NCBI GenBank assembly: GCA_035063585.1
Contig: JAPSGB010000002.1
Span: 64,001 to 128,000 of the forward strand
Length of the DNA: 64,000 nucleotides
Direction of reading: 5' to 3'
From: Polyangiaceae bacterium
GTDB lineage: Bacteria; Myxococcota_A; Polyangia; Polyangiales; Polyangiaceae
A program made the translations under genes and the position numbers. Below are positions 55,813-64,000 of the stretch, in pieces. Positions within the stretch are counted from its first letter, which is position 1; each line of letters starts with the position of its first letter. The notes beneath the pieces were generated by a model. That model was not told the DNA's origin. It saw only the letters and a program-made list of their open reading frames with translations, and did not search any database.

Positions 55813-56463
55813 TCAACCCGGGTGCGCCGCGCGATCCGCGATCACCCGGACGTCCGCCGCGCGGATCCACGCCGCGGGGATGTCGTCGCCCGCGAGCAGC
55901 CGGGCGAGCGGCTCGCGCTTGCCCGCGCCGGTGACCAGAAATAGGACGAGCCGCGCGCTCTCGAGCGCGCGCAGCGTGAGCGTGACTCGGTCGGGCGGCG
56001 GCTTCGGCGCGCCATGCACCGGGGCGACCCGCGAGTCCGCGAACGCCACGCTCCGCTGCCCGGGAAAGAGCGACGCCGTGTGACCGTCCTCGCCGAGGCC
56101 GAGCAAGACCACGTCGAAGGGCATGAGCGCCGCGAGCTCGGGCTCGAGCGCCCGGGCTGCGGCCTCGGCGCCGCGCTCGGCGGGGAACCGGTGCAGGCGA
56201 TAGCCGAGCTCGCCGAGCATGGCCGCGATCATGGCGTCGTTGCGCTCCGCGTGCCCGACCGGCAGGCAGCGCTCGTCCGACGGAACCAGCGTGATCTTCC
56301 CCCACGGAAGCGGCGCGTCACCGAGGAGCTGGAAGGTGCGCTCGGGCGTGCGGCCGCCGGCGAGCACCGCCGTGCCGCCCGCGCCGAGCGCGCCGGCGAT
56401 GAGCGCGGCCGCGCGGCGGCTTGCCCCCTCGTGAGCCTCCTCGAGCTCGAGCTGGATCGTCAT
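55813..56463 (-). CDS. pgl: 6-phosphogluconolactonase
   Basis: AGGRTP, DERC, LLGLGEDGHTASLFP, PKPPPDRVTLT and GAGK. Confidence 0.9.
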   Translation of the reverse strand: MTIQLELEEAHEGASRRAAALIAGALGAGGTAVLAGGRTPERTFQLLGDAPLPWGKITLVPSDERCLPVGHAERNDAMIAAMLGELGYRLHRFPAERGAEAAARALEPELAALMPFDVVLLGLGEDGHTASLFPGQRSVAFADSRVAPVHGAPKPPPDRVTLTLRALESARLVLFLVTGAGKREPLARLLAGDDIPAAWIRAADVRVIADRAAHPG

Positions 56464-56583
56464 CGGGCGCTCCTCGCTCGCGAGAGCCTAGACGACCCGA
56501 GCCACGCCGGCCAGGCCGCGCGAGGCCTCGAGTCGCGGCCGCCACGGCTTGCCGCTCGAGCGCGGCGCCGGTAGGGCTCGCTC

Positions 56584-57609
56584 ATGCTGCCCTGGTCGAC
56601 CGACATGAAGGGCCGCGTCGAGCGCCTCACGCTCGACAGCGCGCTCCTCCGCGACAACGCCCTCGGCGATCCGCACGAGCGCCCGCTCTGGGTCTATCTG
56701 CCGCCTGGCTACGACGACGCGCCCGCGGCGCGCTACCCCGTCATCTACCAGCTCCAGGGCTTCACCGGGCAGGTGGACATGTGGGCGAACCGGTCGGCGT
56801 TCCGCCGGAGCTTCCTCGAGCTCCTCGACGAGCTCTTCGCGCGCGGCGGCGCGCCGCCGTGCATCGTCGTCTTCCCCGACTGCTGGACGAGCCTCGGCGG
56901 CAGCCAGTTCCTCGACTCACCGGCGACCGGTCGCTACCACTCGTACCTCACGGGCGAGGTGGTCCCCTTCGTCGATGCGCGCTTTCGCTCCCTGGCGGCG
57001 CGCGAGCACCGCGCGGTGGCCGGGAAATCGAGCGGCGGCTACGGCGCGATGGTGACCGCCATGCTCCGCCCGGATCTCTTCGGCGGGCTTGCCACCCACG
57101 CGGGCGACGCGCTCTTCGAGGTCTGCTACGAGCCGGATTTCCGCGAATGCGTGCGCGCGCTCCGCGACGGTTACGGCGGCTCGTTCGAGCGCTTCTTCGC
57201 CGACCACCGCGGGCGCCCGGCGCTCTCGAAACCGAGCGATCACGTGCTCATGAACGTGTGGGGCATGGCGGCGTGCTATTCGGCCGACCCCGACGGTAGC
57301 GTCCACCTGCCCTTCGATCCGGAAACGGGGCGCATGAAGCTCGACATCTGGGAGCGCTGGCTCGATCGCGATCCGGTCCGCATGGCGCCGTTCCACGCCG
57401 AGGCGCTCCGCTCGATGCGCGCCATCTACATCGACGCCGGCCGGCGCGATCAATGGTTCCTCGACCTCGGCGCGGAGGCGTTCCGCCGCGAGTGCGCGGC
57501 AGCCTCGGCGCCCGACGTCTGCTTCGAGCTCTTCGAGGGGACGCACAGCGGCATCGAGTACCGCTACCCGCTCGCCGTGAAGTACCTCGCGGAGCGACTC
57601 GAGGGATAG
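56584..57609 (+). CDS. Alpha/beta-hydrolase (enterochelin-esterase-like)
   Basis: VYLPPGY, GKSSGGYGA nucleophile elbow, DAGRRD and FEGTH. Confidence 0.88.
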   Translation: MLPWSTDMKGRVERLTLDSALLRDNALGDPHERPLWVYLPPGYDDAPAARYPVIYQLQGFTGQVDMWANRSAFRRSFLELLDELFARGGAPPCIVVFPDCWTSLGGSQFLDSPATGRYHSYLTGEVVPFVDARFRSLAAREHRAVAGKSSGGYGAMVTAMLRPDLFGGLATHAGDALFEVCYEPDFRECVRALRDGYGGSFERFFADHRGRPALSKPSDHVLMNVWGMAACYSADPDGSVHLPFDPETGRMKLDIWERWLDRDPVRMAPFHAEALRSMRAIYIDAGRRDQWFLDLGAEAFRRECAAASAPDVCFELFEGTHSGIEYRYPLAVKYLAERLEG

Positions 57610-57718
57610 AGGTCGGTCCGGCGCGGCCGGCGGCGCGGCGCCGCGTCGCGCCAGAAGCGAAAATTGGCCGGCTTTCGCGCCGTATCGACCCCCCATCATT
57701 CGGGATATCCTCCCCGCC

Positions 57719-60145
57719 ATGAGATCGACGCCGGGCGGCGCCAAGACCATCCTTCGCCTCTCTTTGCTCGTCGCGCTCCTCGCGACGCTGCTGCTCTCCG
57801 CGTGCAGGAACCGCGCGGGAGGCGCCGCCGACCAGCTGCTCGGCGGGCTGCGCCCCGCGCGCGCGGTCGCGGTCGAGGGTGCGGAGAAGCTGACCAACGG
57901 CGAGGTCGTGGCGCGCGGCGACGACTGGCGGTCGACCCCCGCCACGGTCCTGAACGGCTCGGGCGCGTTCGTCGAGTACGATCTCGGGCGTGCCGCCGGC
58001 ATCGACGCCGCGTACCTCCAAGCAGACGGCAACGACTCGTACACGGTGAGCGTGTCGGACGACGGGGCGCACTTCACCCGGCTGTGGACCGCGGAGCCGG
58101 TGCCGGACCCGGGGCTCCAGCCGCGCTGGGCGGCCAACCTCGGCGGCCATGGGCGCTACGTGCGGCTCGCTGCCAGCGGCGGAGACGGTCGCTACAGCGT
58201 GACCGAGCTCGCTCTCTACTCGAAGGCGCCGTCGCCATTTCCCCCGCGCTTCCGCGTGGTGAGCAGCGCACCCTCGCCGGAGCTCCTTCGCAGCGCGACG
58301 CTCGTGTTCGGGCTCACGCTCGCGCTCTTTGCGCTGCTCGCGCCCGGCAAGAGCGGCTGGTGGTGGACGCTGCTGCTCGCCGGGCTGCCCATCGCCGGCG
58401 CGGTGCAGTGGCTGCAGACGCTCGCCCTGGCTTGGCCCGTCGAGCCGCGCGAGGTCTCGCTGGTCCGCGGCGTGGCAGCGGCGGTGGCCGCGGTGGCGAT
58501 CCTACGCGAGGCGCTCGCGTCGCCGGCGTGGCCGGCGAGCCGCCACGCGGTGCTCGGCACGCTCGCGGTGTGCGGCGCGCTGGCGGCGGCCTCCTTCGCC
58601 AACCTCGGGCGCGCACAATTCTACGACCACGAGCACGGCGCCCCCGGCTACGTGCACAACTTCGACATGCGGGTCTACTACCCGGTGGCGAAGTACTTCC
58701 GCGAGCTCCGCTTCGACGGCCTCTACGAAGCGAGCGTGGCCGCATACATCGACGACGACCCGAAGCAGAGCGTCACGTCACTTGGCAACGTGGCGCTCCG
58801 CGATCTCAGGACGCACGCCATGGTGCGCGTGCGCGACGTGGCGCCGCGCATCGCGGAGGTGAAGGCACGCTTCAGCCCGGCGCGATGGCGCGAGTTCGTG
58901 GCCGACATGCGCTACTTCCGGCTCACCATGGGCACCCGCGACTATCTCGGCAGCATGAGCGACCACGGCGGTAACGCCACCCCGGCGTGGTTCGCCATCG
59001 CGCACGTGCTGTTCGCCTTCACGCACGCGTCGAACCAGACCTTGCTCATCACTGGAATGCTCGATCCGCTCCTGCTCGGGCTCGCGTTCTTCGCGATCTT
59101 CCGCACGTTCGGCGCGCGCACGATGCTCGTCTCCTTGGTCATCTTCGGCGCGAACGATTTCTACATGTTCGGCACCGACTGGTTCGGCGCCACGCTGCGC
59201 CACGACTGGATGGCGTACCTCGCGCTCGGAGCGTGCGCGCTCAAGGTGCGGCGCTTCAAGCTGGCGGGCGCGCTGCTCGGGCTCTCGGCCCTGATGCGCG
59301 CGTTCCCGATCGTGGCGCTGGTCGGGGTCGCGATCCCGGCGCTCGGCTGGCTCGGCGCGGAGACCATCCGCCGCCGCAAGCTGCCGAAGTGGTCCGAGCT
59401 CACGCGGCAGCACCGAGCGACCCTCGAGGTCGCAGTCGGCGCGCTCGCGGTGGGGCTCGGTATGCTGGTCGTCTCGTCGATCCTGTTCACACCGAGCGCG
59501 TGGACGGGCTGGCTCCACAAGGTCCAGATGCTGGACTCGAGCCCGCACGTGAACCACGTCAGCCTGCGCGGCCTGGTCGCCGGCTCCGAGGGCATCCAGG
59601 GGCGCGTGCTCCGCGAGCGGATGCCGGTCTTCGTCGCCGGCATCGTCGCGGCCATCGTGCTCGTCATCGCCGCCGCGCGCCGCCGGCCGCTCCACCAGGC
59701 CGCGATCCTCGCGCTGCCGCTGGTGCCGGTGCTCTTCAACCCGGCAAACTACTATAGCCACCTCGTGTTTCTGTTCCCGCTGGTCGTGCTCGAGCGGCGG
59801 GGCGAGGCCTGGCCGCTCGCGAGGCGAGACGCAGCGCTCTGGACCGTCATGCTCGGCATGTGCGCCGCGCAGTACGGCACGACCCTCGTGCAGGACCTCG
59901 GGCTCCATTTCTACCTGGCGACCGCGCTCTTGTTCCTGACCATCGCGGTCATGCTGGTGACCCTCGCCGCGACCGAAACCGGCGCGCTCGCGGGCGGCGC
60001 GCTCGAACCCGTGCTCGCCGGCGGGCCGTCGCCCGCGCCGGAGCGCGAGCCCGAAGCAAGCGACGGCGAAGCGCGGGCGGAGGCGCCGGGACCCGCGCGG
60101 GGCGAGCCCGAGCCGGAGCGAGCCCACCTACCAGATGGTAAGTGA
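57719..60145 (+). CDS. Discoidin/F5-8-like domain fused to a polytopic membrane domain (GT-C glycosyltransferase-like)
   Basis: Signal with LSAC; VEYDLG...GRYVRL...ELALY; about 12 TM segments with DMRVYY and DHGGNATP loops. Confidence 0.65.
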   Translation: MRSTPGGAKTILRLSLLVALLATLLLSACRNRAGGAADQLLGGLRPARAVAVEGAEKLTNGEVVARGDDWRSTPATVLNGSGAFVEYDLGRAAGIDAAYLQADGNDSYTVSVSDDGAHFTRLWTAEPVPDPGLQPRWAANLGGHGRYVRLAASGGDGRYSVTELALYSKAPSPFPPRFRVVSSAPSPELLRSATLVFGLTLALFALLAPGKSGWWWTLLLAGLPIAGAVQWLQTLALAWPVEPREVSLVRGVAAAVAAVAILREALASPAWPASRHAVLGTLAVCGALAAASFANLGRAQFYDHEHGAPGYVHNFDMRVYYPVAKYFRELRFDGLYEASVAAYIDDDPKQSVTSLGNVALRDLRTHAMVRVRDVAPRIAEVKARFSPARWREFVADMRYFRLTMGTRDYLGSMSDHGGNATPAWFAIAHVLFAFTHASNQTLLITGMLDPLLLGLAFFAIFRTFGARTMLVSLVIFGANDFYMFGTDWFGATLRHDWMAYLALGACALKVRRFKLAGALLGLSALMRAFPIVALVGVAIPALGWLGAETIRRRKLPKWSELTRQHRATLEVAVGALAVGLGMLVVSSILFTPSAWTGWLHKVQMLDSSPHVNHVSLRGLVAGSEGIQGRVLRERMPVFVAGIVAAIVLVIAAARRRPLHQAAILALPLVPVLFNPANYYSHLVFLFPLVVLERRGEAWPLARRDAALWTVMLGMCAAQYGTTLVQDLGLHFYLATALLFLTIAVMLVTLAATETGALAGGALEPVLAGGPSPAPEREPEASDGEARAEAPGPARGEPEPERAHLPDGK

Positions 60146-60216
60146 GCTCGCTCCAAACCCAGCTGACTTTTGCGCTATTATTTCCTTGGTTCTCGGATTA
60201 CCTACCATTTGGTAGG
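60127..60216. promoter_or_regulatory. Two copies of a palindromic operator-like site CCTACCA-NN-TGGTARG
   Basis: CCTACCAGATGGTAAG at 60127-60142 and perfect CCTACCATTTGGTAGG at 60201-60216, flanking an AT-rich stretch. Confidence 0.6.
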
Positions 60217-60264
60217 CACCTTACCGCTGGATTCCGCGCCGCACCGACCCCCGGCTCGGAGTTG

Positions 60265-63200
60265 ATGCTGCCCGGCAAGGGGGATAAGACGAGCGACGTG
60301 AGCGAAGCGAGACGGGCCCGGAGACGAGGGCGAGGGCGAGCGCGCCGCAGGGTCGCGGCTCCCCTCGCGAGAGCGCGCGCCGGCGCCGAGAACGCCCTCG
60401 AGGTGATCCGGCTCGGCCGGCTCACGGTGCGTGATGGCGCGCACTATGAGGTGGCGCATCGCGACCACATGTACCGGCTGCGCCACTATGTCGCGCCCGG
60501 CGCGACCACCGCCGCGCACGCCCCGGTGCTCGTGCTCGTCCCGCCCTTGATGCTCACCGCGGAGATCTACGACGTCGCTCCCGAGCTGTCGGCGGTGGCG
60601 CAGCTCGGCGTGGCCGGCGTGGATGCGTGGGTGGTCGATTTCGGCGCGCCGGAGCGGGAGGAGGGCGGGATGCAGCGCACCCTCGACGATCACGTCCGCG
60701 CGGTGGCGGACGCGGTCGGTCGAGTGCGCGAGCTGGCGGGGCGCGACGTGCACCTCGCCGGGTACTCGCAAGGTGGCATGTTCGCCTATCAGGCGGCCGC
60801 GTTTCAGCGGTCGGAGGGCATCGCCTCGATCATCACCTTCGGCAGCCCGGTCGACATCCACCGGAACGTCCCCGCGCTCGGCGCCGAGCTCACCGCGCGG
60901 GTGATCCGCGCGGTGCGCCCCATGATCGAGGCGCCGCTCGAGCGGATGGAAGGCCTCCCGGGCGTCCTCACGAGCACCGGCTTCAAGCTGCTCAGCCCGA
61001 AGAAGGAGATTTCACAGCTCTTCGACTTCGTGAAGAAGCTGCACGACCGGAGCGCGCTCGAGAAGCGGGAGACGCGGCGGCGCTTCCTCGCGGGCGAGGG
61101 CTTCGTCGCCTGGCCAGGGCCCGCGCTTCGTCAGTTCATCGACGAGTTCATCGTCCACAACCGCATGCTGAGCGGCGGGTTCGTGATCGACGGGCGGACG
61201 GTCACGCTCGCCGACATCCGCTGCCCCGTGCTCTGTTTCGTGGGCTCCCGCGACGAGATCGCGCGCCCCGACGCGGTGCGCGCGATCGGGCGCGCGGCGC
61301 CGAGCGCCGAGCTCAGCGAGCTCACCGTCCCGGCCGGTCATTTCGGGCTGGTGGTCGGCTCGACCGCGAGTCGGGAGACGTGGCCGGCGGTCATCGAGTG
61401 GCTGCGCTGGCGCGACGCGGGTGGCGCGAAGCCTCCCCGCTTCGCCAGTGAGGAGCGCGGAGACGACGAACCGGAAGCGCTCGCGGAGATCGAGGACCTC
61501 GCCTTCGAGGAGCCGCTCGACATCGAGCTCTTCTATGACGCGGCGCGCGGCACCATCGAGTCCGCGTGGAAGCGACTCGCGCACCTGATCGAGGACGCCG
61601 GGGACGCGCTCGATCACCTCCGCTTCCAGCTCCCGCGCTTGAACCAGCTCGGGAAGATGGAGGACGAGACGCGCACGAGCTTCGGGCTCGAGCTCGCGCG
61701 GCAGGCGCGCGAGATCCCCGAGCAGACCTTCTTCATCTGGAAGGGGCGCGCGTTCTCGTACAAAGTCGCCGATCACCGCGTCGACAACGTGGTGCGTGGG
61801 CTCATCCACTGCGGGGTGCGCGCGGGCGATCACGTGGGCGTGGTGATGGAGGGGCGGCCGAGCTACCTCACCGTGGTAACGGCCCTGAACCGCATCGGCG
61901 CGATCGCGGTGCTGACCAGCCCGCACGTCGACGACGCGACGCTCGGGCGGGCGCTCCACATGGACGAGCTCGCGCTGCTCGTCGCCGACCCCGACCACGC
62001 AGCGCGCGCGCATGGGGTGTTCCCCGGGACGGTGCTGGTGCTCGGCGGCGGCTCCGAGCGCGGGGTGCCGCCCGGCGTGGTCGACATGGAGTCGATCGAT
62101 CCGGACGCGGTGGCGCTCCCCGAGTGGTATCGACCGAACCCGGGCCGCGCGGCGGACGTCGCGCTGATCATGATCACCGCCGGAGACACCCCCGCGCGGG
62201 ATCGCGCCGCGCGCATCACCAACCGCCGCTGGGCCTTCTCGGCTTACGGGGCGGCGGCCGCCTGCACCCTCACCCCGAAGGACACCGTATATGCCTGCCT
62301 CCCTTTGCACCACCCGGCGGGGCTCCTGGTGTCGGTCGGCTCCGCGCTGGTGGGCGGCACGCGCCTCGCGCTCGCGACGCGCTTCGACCCGCAGGTGTTC
62401 TGGGACGAGGTCCACCGCTACGGCGCGACCGTGGTCTATTACGCCGGCGAGCTCTGCCGCGAGCTGGTCGACGCGCCGCCGATCGCCGGCGAGCGTGACA
62501 CGCCGCTCCGGCTGTTCGCTGGCAGCGGCATCAAGCCAGACGTCTGGCGTCAGGTGCTCGAGCGGTTCCGCGGCGTCGGCGTGCTCGAGTTCTACGCGTC
62601 GACGGAGGTGAACCTGGTGCTCGCGAACGCAGCGGGCGAGAAGATCGGCGCGCTCGGCCGCCCGCTCCCGGGCAGCACCGAGCTCGAGCTCGTCGAGTAC
62701 GACTTCGAGCTCGATGACTTCCGACGAGACTCGCTCGGTCGGTTCATTCGCGCGGCCAACGACGAGGCCGGCGTGCTCATCGCGCAGGTCGCGCCTCCGG
62801 GCGCGCTCGAGTCCGGCGAGCGCCTGATGGGGAGCGATGCGGCGCGCATCCGCCGGAGCGTCTTCAGCTCGGGCGACGCCTGGTTCGTCACCAAGGATTT
62901 TCTTCGTCGCGACGCGGATGGCGACTACTGGTTCGTCGATCGGCTGCGCGATCTCATCCGCGCCGCTCGAGGCGTGATGCCGACGCGGCCGCTCGAGGAG
63001 GCGCTCCACGAGCTGCCGGCGGTCGCGCTCGCGATCGCTTACGGGGTCCGGTTGCCGGGCGCTCACCACGAGGAGCCGGTGGCGGCCGTGGTGCTCCGCC
63101 CTGGCGCGCGGCTCGACCTCGATGCGCTGCGACCGGAGCGGGCTCGACCGAGCTTCGTCCGCGTGGTGGAGCGCATCCCGATGACCGACGGGTACCGGCT

Positions 63201-63330
63201 CTTGAAGGCGCCGCTCCGTGACCAAGGCATCGTGGTGGACGGCCGGACGTTCTGGCTCGATCCCAAGCGAGGGCGCTACGTGATGCTCGACGGCGAGAGC
63301 TACGCCGCGGCGCTGACAGCCTCGCCCTGA
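60265..63330 (+). CDS. Bifunctional alpha/beta-hydrolase (PhaC/lipase-like) + long-chain acyl-CoA synthetase-like protein
   Basis: LVPPLM, GYSQGG and GHFGLV in the N-terminal half; LPLHH, YAGELCR, EFYASTE and FVDR in the C-terminal half. The start is uncertain (60265 or 60298). Confidence 0.85.
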   Translation: MLPGKGDKTSDVSEARRARRRGRGRARRRVAAPLARARAGAENALEVIRLGRLTVRDGAHYEVAHRDHMYRLRHYVAPGATTAAHAPVLVLVPPLMLTAEIYDVAPELSAVAQLGVAGVDAWVVDFGAPEREEGGMQRTLDDHVRAVADAVGRVRELAGRDVHLAGYSQGGMFAYQAAAFQRSEGIASIITFGSPVDIHRNVPALGAELTARVIRAVRPMIEAPLERMEGLPGVLTSTGFKLLSPKKEISQLFDFVKKLHDRSALEKRETRRRFLAGEGFVAWPGPALRQFIDEFIVHNRMLSGGFVIDGRTVTLADIRCPVLCFVGSRDEIARPDAVRAIGRAAPSAELSELTVPAGHFGLVVGSTASRETWPAVIEWLRWRDAGGAKPPRFASEERGDDEPEALAEIEDLAFEEPLDIELFYDAARGTIESAWKRLAHLIEDAGDALDHLRFQLPRLNQLGKMEDETRTSFGLELARQAREIPEQTFFIWKGRAFSYKVADHRVDNVVRGLIHCGVRAGDHVGVVMEGRPSYLTVVTALNRIGAIAVLTSPHVDDATLGRALHMDELALLVADPDHAARAHGVFPGTVLVLGGGSERGVPPGVVDMESIDPDAVALPEWYRPNPGRAADVALIMITAGDTPARDRAARITNRRWAFSAYGAAAACTLTPKDTVYACLPLHHPAGLLVSVGSALVGGTRLALATRFDPQVFWDEVHRYGATVVYYAGELCRELVDAPPIAGERDTPLRLFAGSGIKPDVWRQVLERFRGVGVLEFYASTEVNLVLANAAGEKIGALGRPLPGSTELELVEYDFELDDFRRDSLGRFIRAANDEAGVLIAQVAPPGALESGERLMGSDAARIRRSVFSSGDAWFVTKDFLRRDADGDYWFVDRLRDLIRAARGVMPTRPLEEALHELPAVALAIAYGVRLPGAHHEEPVAAVVLRPGARLDLDALRPERARPSFVRVVERIPMTDGYRLLKAPLRDQGIVVDGRTFWLDPKRGRYVMLDGESYAAALTASP

Positions 63331-63458
63331 GTCGGAGGCCTGCCAGGCGCGCCGCTCGGGGCGGCAATCGCGCTCCGCGTCTCGGGCTCGGCCGCGCTCG
63401 GGAGCGCGGAGCCCAATCCGCATAGAGCATCTTCCCATCGGAATGAATTGAGGCGAGC

Positions 63459-64000
63459 ATGGGCCCGATGCACACGCCCACCAGTCCGCTCGCAGGGCGT
63501 TATCGGTTCTCCAAGACGATCCAGGTCACCTCGAAGTCGGCGATCTGGCTCGCAACCGACACGCAGTCAGGTAAGCCGGTCGTCGCGTCGGCGCTCGGCG
63601 CGTCGCGCCTCGCGGGGCTCGATCGGGTGGTTGGCTTCGAGCATCCTCATCTCGCGTCGCTGCTCGCGCTCGTACCGAACCCGGCTCCGAGCGAGCTCCC
63701 GTGGGAGGGCGCGCCCATCCAGGCAGCGGCGGTGGCCATCGCGGAGTTCGTCGCGGGAAAGACGCTGCAGGCACGGCTGAAAGACGCGGCCATCGAGAGC
63801 GAGGAGGCGGTCGGGTGGGTGTATGGGCTCGCGGAAGCGGTCGGAGCGCTGCACGCGCACGGTGGGTTGCACGGCGCCATCTCGCCCCGTGGCGTGATGG
63901 TCGAGCCGCGCGGCGGCCGCATCGCGCCGGTGCTCACGCAGCTGCTCACCGCTCCGAACGGCCCGTACTGCGCGCCCGAGCGGCTCCGTGGAGGGGGCCC
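63459..64000 (+). CDS. Ser/Thr kinase-like protein, probably a pseudokinase (partial)
   Basis: LAGRYRF, HPHLA, EFVAGKTL, LHAHGGLHGAISP and YCAPE; runs off the window. Confidence 0.7.
   Translation, partial: MGPMHTPTSPLAGRYRFSKTIQVTSKSAIWLATDTQSGKPVVASALGASRLAGLDRVVGFEHPHLASLLALVPNPAPSELPWEGAPIQAAAVAIAEFVAGKTLQARLKDAAIESEEAVGWVYGLAEAVGALHAHGGLHGAISPRGVMVEPRGGRIAPVLTQLLTAPNGPYCAPERLRGGG

Overview
High-GC bacterial chromosome segment whose gene content points to Myxococcota, probably Polyangiales-like: a MYXO-CTERM protein, many Cys-rich lipoproteins, a TSP3-repeat OmpA and Ser/Thr kinases. It holds about 45 protein genes covering fatty-acid metabolism, envelope and secreted enzymes, a P-type ATPase, FtsH, a hybrid histidine kinase, an SNF2 helicase, pgi, pgl and Hsp20. 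It also holds tRNA-Arg(CCT) and a complete IS1380-family element beside an IS3 remnant. The main finding is a ~1.8 kb hairpin-dense region with no credible protein gene (about 13000-14825). On the minus strand it lies between a sigma70-type promoter (with a DnaA box upstream) and an intrinsic terminator. A 9-bp helix can pair its predicted 5' end with its 3' end, and it contains a duplicated 46-nt motif. It is a candidate very large structured ncRNA that I cannot assign to a known class. All product calls come from motif recognition by eye; no database search was run.
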